A stretch of DNA of 64,000 nucleotides from the human T2T-CHM13v2.0 reference genome, Homo sapiens: NCBI RefSeq assembly GCF_009914755.1, contig NC_060927.1; one strand, written 5' to 3'. Every line of letters starts with the position of its first letter. Within the stretch, counting starts at the first letter, position 1. A model generated the notes under the pieces. The model saw only the letters and a list, made by a program, of their open reading frames with translations. It had not been told where the DNA came from and searched no databases. Positions 57,001 through 64,000 of this stretch are shown in pieces. The translations under genes were made by a program, and so were the position numbers.

Positions 57001-57669
57001 GGCGGGCCACCTCTCCATCACTTGTCTTATTGATTTAAGAGGTTGGCAAGCATGTATTTCTTCTCAGATAGATTTTATATCCATTAAGGTATCCATCTTT
57101 ACATCTTCTCCATCTTGCAATATCACAGTATCTAATACACAGAGCCTTTCAAATAATAATCTAAGATAATTTATTTTAACAATTATTTATTTATGGAACA
57201 TCAGAGCTGATTTAGACCCTAGAGACACCTATTCTTTTGAAGAAAGCAGAACACTTCTGCTTAAGAAAACTTACCCAGTGTGTGGATGGACCAATAATAA
57301 AAAGGAATGTAAAAATTACAGTAAAAGAGGACATTAGGCTAGAAATGAGGAGGGCGGTAGAATTTAAATAAGTAGGACAAGGTCACATTCGTGCTGTGAA
57401 CTGAATAACAGAGAGATGATCCCAAGATAAGTACTTTCTAGTCAGAGGGGAGAAATAATAAAGGTACTAGACGGGGAATAAATATGACATTTTAACGTGC
57501 CTGAGAAATATAGATGATCAATGTGGCTAGACTTTGGTGAATGAGGAAGAGAGTGATACAATAAGAGGCAAAAGCTCCAAATAGACAAGATGAGATTGTT
57601 TAAGGCCTTATAAGCCATGAAAAGGAGTATTAAATTTAAGTTCAATAAAAAGCGATTGAAGAATTTTAA

Positions 57670-58011
<342 letters not shown>

Positions 58012-58125
58012 AAATAGTATGATTTCTATTTGTGAAAGATTACCTTGCTCGCATGGAAAACGGATTATTCTGTTTAACAGTAGAAGCCAGAAAACCAGTA
58101 AGGAGCCTGCTCGAATGAGCCAGAT

Positions 58126-58452
58126 AAGGGATCAGAAAATTTTCTTATAGAGAGACGGAAGATAAATATTTTAGGCTTTGTGGCTATACAAATCTTTGCC
58201 AGAATAATTTAATTCTGCCATTGTAGCAGAAATACATTCACAGTAAATAAACAAATAAATGTGGTTAGTTGTTTTCCCATGAAGTTTTATTTATGGATAT
58301 GGAAATTTGAATTTTATATCATTTTCGCATCATAAAACATTATTCTTTTATCAGCCATTAAAAAATGTAAAAACTATTCTTATCTAGAGGGACATAAAAC
58401 AGCAGCCAGTGTGCTAAATGTGTCCTGTAGACGGTAATTTGCCAACCCTTTG
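58126..58452. mobile_element. MER58B (hAT-Charlie)
   Basis: 'taaatattttaggctttgtgg...ctgccattgtagc...tttgccaaccc'. Confidence 0.8.
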
Positions 58453-58714
58453 TCTAGATAAGAGAAGATAACTTCACCAGTTTCATAGAGATAGAGGAGT
58501 CATTTACCAACATGAGGGAGAATTGTAAATAGTAGAATAGAATGGAGGAAAGGAGATAAAAATATCAAAAATTATATTTCGTGTATATTATGATTTAATA
58601 CATCCCAACTTTAAAAAATAAAAATGGTCCTGAAATTTATATGTTTCTCCCTTGAAATTGTATAGTGTTCAGAAACTCAGTTTCTTACAAGACATGCCAT
58701 TTCTTTAATGAATA

Positions 58715-58950
58715 CTGGTACTTCATTGTATCAGAAAGTTTGTCTTTATTTTAATTGGAAATCTATCTCCCTGAAACCTATGCCTTTTGATTCTGGCCCT
58801 TGTTTCTAAAATTAAGCAGACTAACTTGTATCTCTTCCGTATGAGAGTATAGAAAATGTCTAAAAGCATCTATTATCTTTCTCTCTCACTTCTAGTTCTC
58901 CAGGCTAAACATACCCAGTCTTCTATACTTCATTATAAGACATGTGTCTA
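58715..58950 (-). mobile_element. L3/CR1 fragment
   Basis: 'agaaagtttgtctttat...ttctccaggctaaacatacccagt'. Confidence 0.55.
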
Positions 58951-59937
58951 GAATATTTATTGACTTTCAACTGTTTTTCTTTTCTTTTGATGTCCTCCTT
59001 ACAGTTGAATGTAAAATGTCACATTATATTAAATTAAATATAAACAAGACTATATAACTTCTCACTCATCTTTAATGACAAGAGTAATAAGAGCCTTCAA
59101 ACAACAAGACTAAATGCAAATCAATCTATGTCAGCATCTATAAAATTCAGCTTAACTTGAACCAAAGCTCAGAGGTATAGAATATTGAGGAGTTCATTAT
59201 CAAGTCAGATGAACAAAAGTTTGTCTTCACATTTCCAAGTCACCTCCATAGCAGCCTTCCCATCCAGCTGAAATTACTTACAAGGCCAAATTAATATTAC
59301 CACAAGCTTCAAGTCAAAATACAACCAATGACATCTATTGAGCTGGTTCAATACATAAATCTCATCCCTGCCTAGAGAAGAGTCAGAGATTATTTCTCCC
59401 TTTGGATAAAGCATTACTTCATCCAAATGAATCAAACACAAGAGGCATAAAACTCCTTTTATATCCTTCATGCTTTTCCTTTTTTATGGCATACTTTATG
59501 GTTGGGGCCTGTTTTCTATTTTTTGTTGCTTTGGATATGAAAATATGTTCTGAGGATGATCACAAAATATAGGTGAGCTCCTCTTTACAAACTTTACTCT
59601 TGAAAGAGCATTTGAAAGTGAAAACTCAGAAATAAACAAGTAGAGCTGGCTTTCTGAATGAATAATAGAGAAACAATCTTAATGAGTGGTGTATATTCAC
59701 CATCCCCTGAAGGGAGGCACACTTAGGAAGCCGCTACATTTGTGTTCTCTTTGGCACCATTGTTGCCTTAACCCTCATGACCACCAGTGATTATTACTTG
59801 ATTTCCCCTAGGAAGAGCTTCCTTTACATTTGACTTATAAAGCCAATCTTATCCAGGAACCCAATTTTATATAGTCGATTTATTAATGGTGTGGTGATTA
59901 TGTAGACATCATCATAGACTCATAGTTAAATGACATC

Positions 59938-60312
59938 TGTAATAGTCTTCTAGGGCTGCCATAAAAAATGAAGGCTTGAAAAACAGATCTTTATTTTTCA
60001 TAGTTCCAGAGGCTGGAAATCCAATATCCAAGTGTTGTCAGGTTTGGTTTCTCCTGAGGCCTCGCCCCTAGACTTGCAGACGGCCACCTTCTCACTGTGT
60101 CTTCACATTGTCTTTCCTCTGTGCATGTACACTCTGAGTGTCTCTCTCTTTCTCTTCTTTTAAGGACAAAAGTTATACTGAATTAGAGCCCTACCCTTAT
60201 AACCTTATTTAACCTTAATAACCTCCTTAAAGATCCTGTCTCCAGATATGGTCACATTGAGAGTTGGGCTTCAATATATAAATTTGGAGTGGACACAACA
60301 CAGTCTATAACA
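59938..60312 (-). mobile_element. MLT1A/MLT1A0 LTR
   Basis: 'agggctgccataa...gaggctggaaatcca...gacttgcagacggccaccttc...cagtctataaca'. Confidence 0.85.
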
Positions 60313-63107
60313 GCATTTAATAACACGGAAGCCACAAGCATACAGACACACATACAAAGTTATTGCTTTCTTATTGTTCAAAAAGTAAAACACAATATTT
60401 TCATTTTAAGAGTGCTAAAGCAGTCATAGTACAGTTAGGAAAACAGAAACGACTCTAGGTATTTCAAGCAAGGAGAATTTAATATATGGATCTGCACCAT
60501 ATGTGAAAGAAGAGCTGAGAAGTTAAAAAGAACACAGGGAGATATTCTGGGGATTAGAAACAACACAAAACAGCCACAACCATCTGGAATGGGAAGGATG
60601 CAAGAGGAGGTAGTTACTATAACTGTATAGCAGGATTCAGAATCACACCTCTGTAGAGACCACCTGACAGAAGCTAGGATATCAAAGAATGGGACTCTCT
60701 GGTAGGGGAATATATTGGTTTATGTTACTGAAGAGGCTAAAGATAAACCCGTTTTCATTGTGGCTTTATTTTTGTTAAAGCAATGTGATCACACCCTGGT
60801 TTATCCTTCTCAACTTTTCTTTCTTGGTTTTGCTTATGATTCTTAGGTCAGCTGTAAACTCTTGGCCCTAAAAGGCAGCCAGAGGCTCCTGCATGCTCTC
60901 TTGTTCTTATACTACATGGGAAAAGAAATAGCTTTCATCATCCATTCATTTAAAGAAAAATAGGACCTCATCCAGATAAAAACAGCTGAAGACAGGTGCC
61001 CAATCTTGAGCTCATCACTGTAATAAAAGTGATGAGATCACAATGAGAGGCTCAGGACAATCTGGCCTAATCCTGAGGCTTGAAGTAAGTCAATTTCACT
61101 CAAAATGCATGTCTGCCATTCAATAGACGATGAGTGAAATGGAAACTAGGCAGTAATAAATGATGCATACATTATAATTTCTTTGTGAATTCAACCCTAA
61201 AACTCTGGACAAAATTAATTTTCCTCCGTAATATCTTATTTGTTCCTGAATGAGAATAAACGGATGAAAGTTTTATTAAGAGAATAAATGAATGAACTAA
61301 TAAATCAGTTAATCATTAAATTAATATGAGTATGTTTAATGGTGTAGAAAAATAGATTTGGGGAAGCTTTCAGGATTAATAGAACTTTGGTAAGGTAACA
61401 ACCCATAAAGTATTACTATGAGGATCTTTGTGCCATTATCAATCACATTAATAATTATTATAATAACATTAACTACAAGTTATTGGTAATTATTAGCTAC
61501 CAGGTGGTTATTAGCTACCTACTATGTGTTTATATATATAGATTATCTACATTTCTTCATATATATATAACATCTACATTTTATCATCTAAATTATCTAC
61601 ATTCATTATCCACAAGCACAGAGATGTTCAGTAACCAGCCCACGAATACCCAGCCAGAAGGTGAAAGAGCTGGAAATTGAGCCCACACATTTCAACACCA
61701 CAGGACTATTGTTGACATCTATGACAAGTTATCTGTTGTGAAACTAGTAAAATAATTGAATAAAAGTTATTCTTGATTTTAAAAAAAAGTCTGGCCTTGT
61801 ATTTCATTTATCATATCCTATGGCCAAATTGTCACTTCCTAATATCAGCCAAATATTTGAAATAAACTTTTTGCATGATTGAAAATGTTCTCTATGCTAA
61901 TAATGTTGTGTAGTTTCTCTTCTTGAAATCTCACATTAGAATTCAGTTTTGCTGCTTTACCCACAGAATGAAGTGTAAATGCACTACTCTGGTATTTAAA
62001 ATCTCCACAATTTGCCCCCAGTCTACACTTTTAACATTAGCTCTCATCATTCTCAATCGCACACCTTAGATTTCAGTCTCACCTTCCAGTAAATAGACCC
62101 TTTTCCATGATGTTTTATACCTCTTCCAGACAAATTCCAACTCCTAGAATTTTCTTAATTCTATGAGCTGAATATAATATGGGGATTTTTTTCAGAAGTT
62201 CTAAAGATCTTTACTTTCTTAAATACTTTTTAACAGGAAACTTTTTGACCATTATTGAATGTATGGCATTCCTTGATGAAATGTAGGTTTCTAGGCTGCC
62301 AAGACCATAGCTTACTTAATTGTATATAACCTTCCATACCAACTCAGAGCTCAAAAATGTAACTAATAGTTTTATTAATGAGATTAAGAAAATGACAAAT
62401 AGAAATGCTAAAAAACATATATTTTATCCAGTTCTTTTAAATATCTAGATCTTAAGTCAAGAGAAGAATTATAAAACCTTATGAGAAATTCCATTATCAC
62501 AAGTACCTTTTATAAAAATAATACCTGTATAACAGATAAAAATAGAACCTAGAGTATGTAATATATTAATGAAGAGTTCCATGTTTTTGTATGTTCAAGA
62601 TTCAATGACCAATATCAACATTGTTAAACATTCGATTTATATTTTTTATTGCTTTTTACTCCCACAAACTCAGAAACATGATGGTTTTAGGGAATCCTGC
62701 ATTTTCATGAGTTTGCTGCTTACTTTCTGATTAATTTCTTAAAACAAATTACATATTCTGATTTTCCTTTTATCATTTTGGGAAATTTGACATGTGACTT
62801 ACTCAGACTTTCTTCTTTGTATGTAAATAAGGTAGAAATTAAGGTGTATTACCTGACACTTTTATATTGCTTATGAATCATTTTCTATAATAAAACTTAA
62901 TCAATTTTACTACTTAATTTTTATGTACCAGGGTGATGTCAAAACTCTTCAGAAAGTTTAACATTAGATCTTTTAAGTAGTTAATAATTTTGAAAGCACA
63001 AAATTTCCATCAGATGACATGGAAAGCACAGAAGTAGGGTATCAAGAGGCAAATATTGAAGTCTGCTGAATTTGACTGAAGATAGAAGAATAGAGACAGT
63101 TCTAGAT

Positions 63108-63318
63108 CAGTGCTTTCCAACAGAATTTTTTGGGGTAATGAAAATGTCCCACATCTGTATTGTCCAATAGAAGAACCATTTGCCACATATAGCTATTAAA
63201 CACTTTAAAGTATGGCTAATGTTAACGAGAAAATTAATTTTAAATTTTATTTACTGTGAACCAATTTAACTTTAAATAGCCACATGTGATAAGTGGCTCC
63301 CCCACTGGGCAGTGCAAG
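63108..63318. mobile_element. MER3-type hAT MITE
   Basis: 'cagtgctttccaacagaa...tgtccaata...aaatagccacatgtg...gggcagtgc'. Confidence 0.75.
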
Positions 63319-63920
63319 TATGGAGTACAGCATACACAGAAGAGGTACAGATGGAGAACTGGTATTGGGAGATGCTCAGCAGCCATGTGATAGCTAAGAC
63401 CACTGGGTATCTCAAGTTAATATTGCAGAATAAATGTTTAACCTGGGAATGGGAAGATGTCAAAAACAAGTTTCCCTTACTTTACAATTGTATCTGGACT
63501 TTCTCATCTTCGGAGGTGGTCTTAGTGTGGGGTAATAGACTGGAAGAGTTACCAAGGTTGTTATTTTATTTTATTTTATTTTATTTTCCCAAATACCTAT
63601 TCTAATTTTGGTAAATACTTGTTGAGGGAATATTTAAAGTTAGAACATTTAATTTTTTTTTCCAGTGATACCTAAAAGAATATACCACTGGAAAAAATGT
63701 AATTGATATAAGTAAGAGTGGAAAAATTCACAATCCATATATAAACCTTCTTTAGAAATGATAAGATATATAATTTAAATTAATGAAGAGCACAACCAAG
63801 ATAAAAAATGCTTTTATGTCTCTGCAAGTAGCTGTGCTGACGTTTGTGTACACTACTCTGGCAAACTGGATTAATGTTTTCAGATATATTCTCCATTCTG
63901 CTTTTGATTTTGTAGCTATT

Positions 63921-63962
63921 AGTTATTAGTATAAGTGTTATAAGTTATTAGTATAAGTGTTA
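63921..63962. repeat. Tandem duplication, period 22 bp
   Basis: agttattagtataagtgtta occurs twice. Confidence 0.8.
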
Positions 63963-64000
63963 ATAACTTGCATATAATTTTTTTCTAGTTGCCTAACTCA

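Overview
AT-rich primate (human-like) non-coding genomic DNA, identified by AluY/AluS/AluJ, L1PA/L1MA/L1ME, THE1B, MST/MLT, MER2/MER3/MER58, L2, MIR and L3 elements. I find no credible protein-coding exon, RNA gene or CpG island. The ORFs in the track come from repeats or are chance ORFs. The first 17 kb hold a nested retroelement stack: an old L1M carries a second L1MA plus LTRs and Alus. The most unusual signal is four short (about 90-180 bp) local copies of sequence lying 1-4 kb away, two direct and two inverted. One of them interrupts an LTR, and one abuts a ~1 kb quasi-palindromic AT-rich tract. Alu/L1 orientation bias and a few splice-like sites hint at a + strand host transcript. I see no evidence for a new gene-encoded system. 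Repeat subfamily names are from recall of consensus sequences. Boundaries of old repeats are approximate, and identities were counted by hand.
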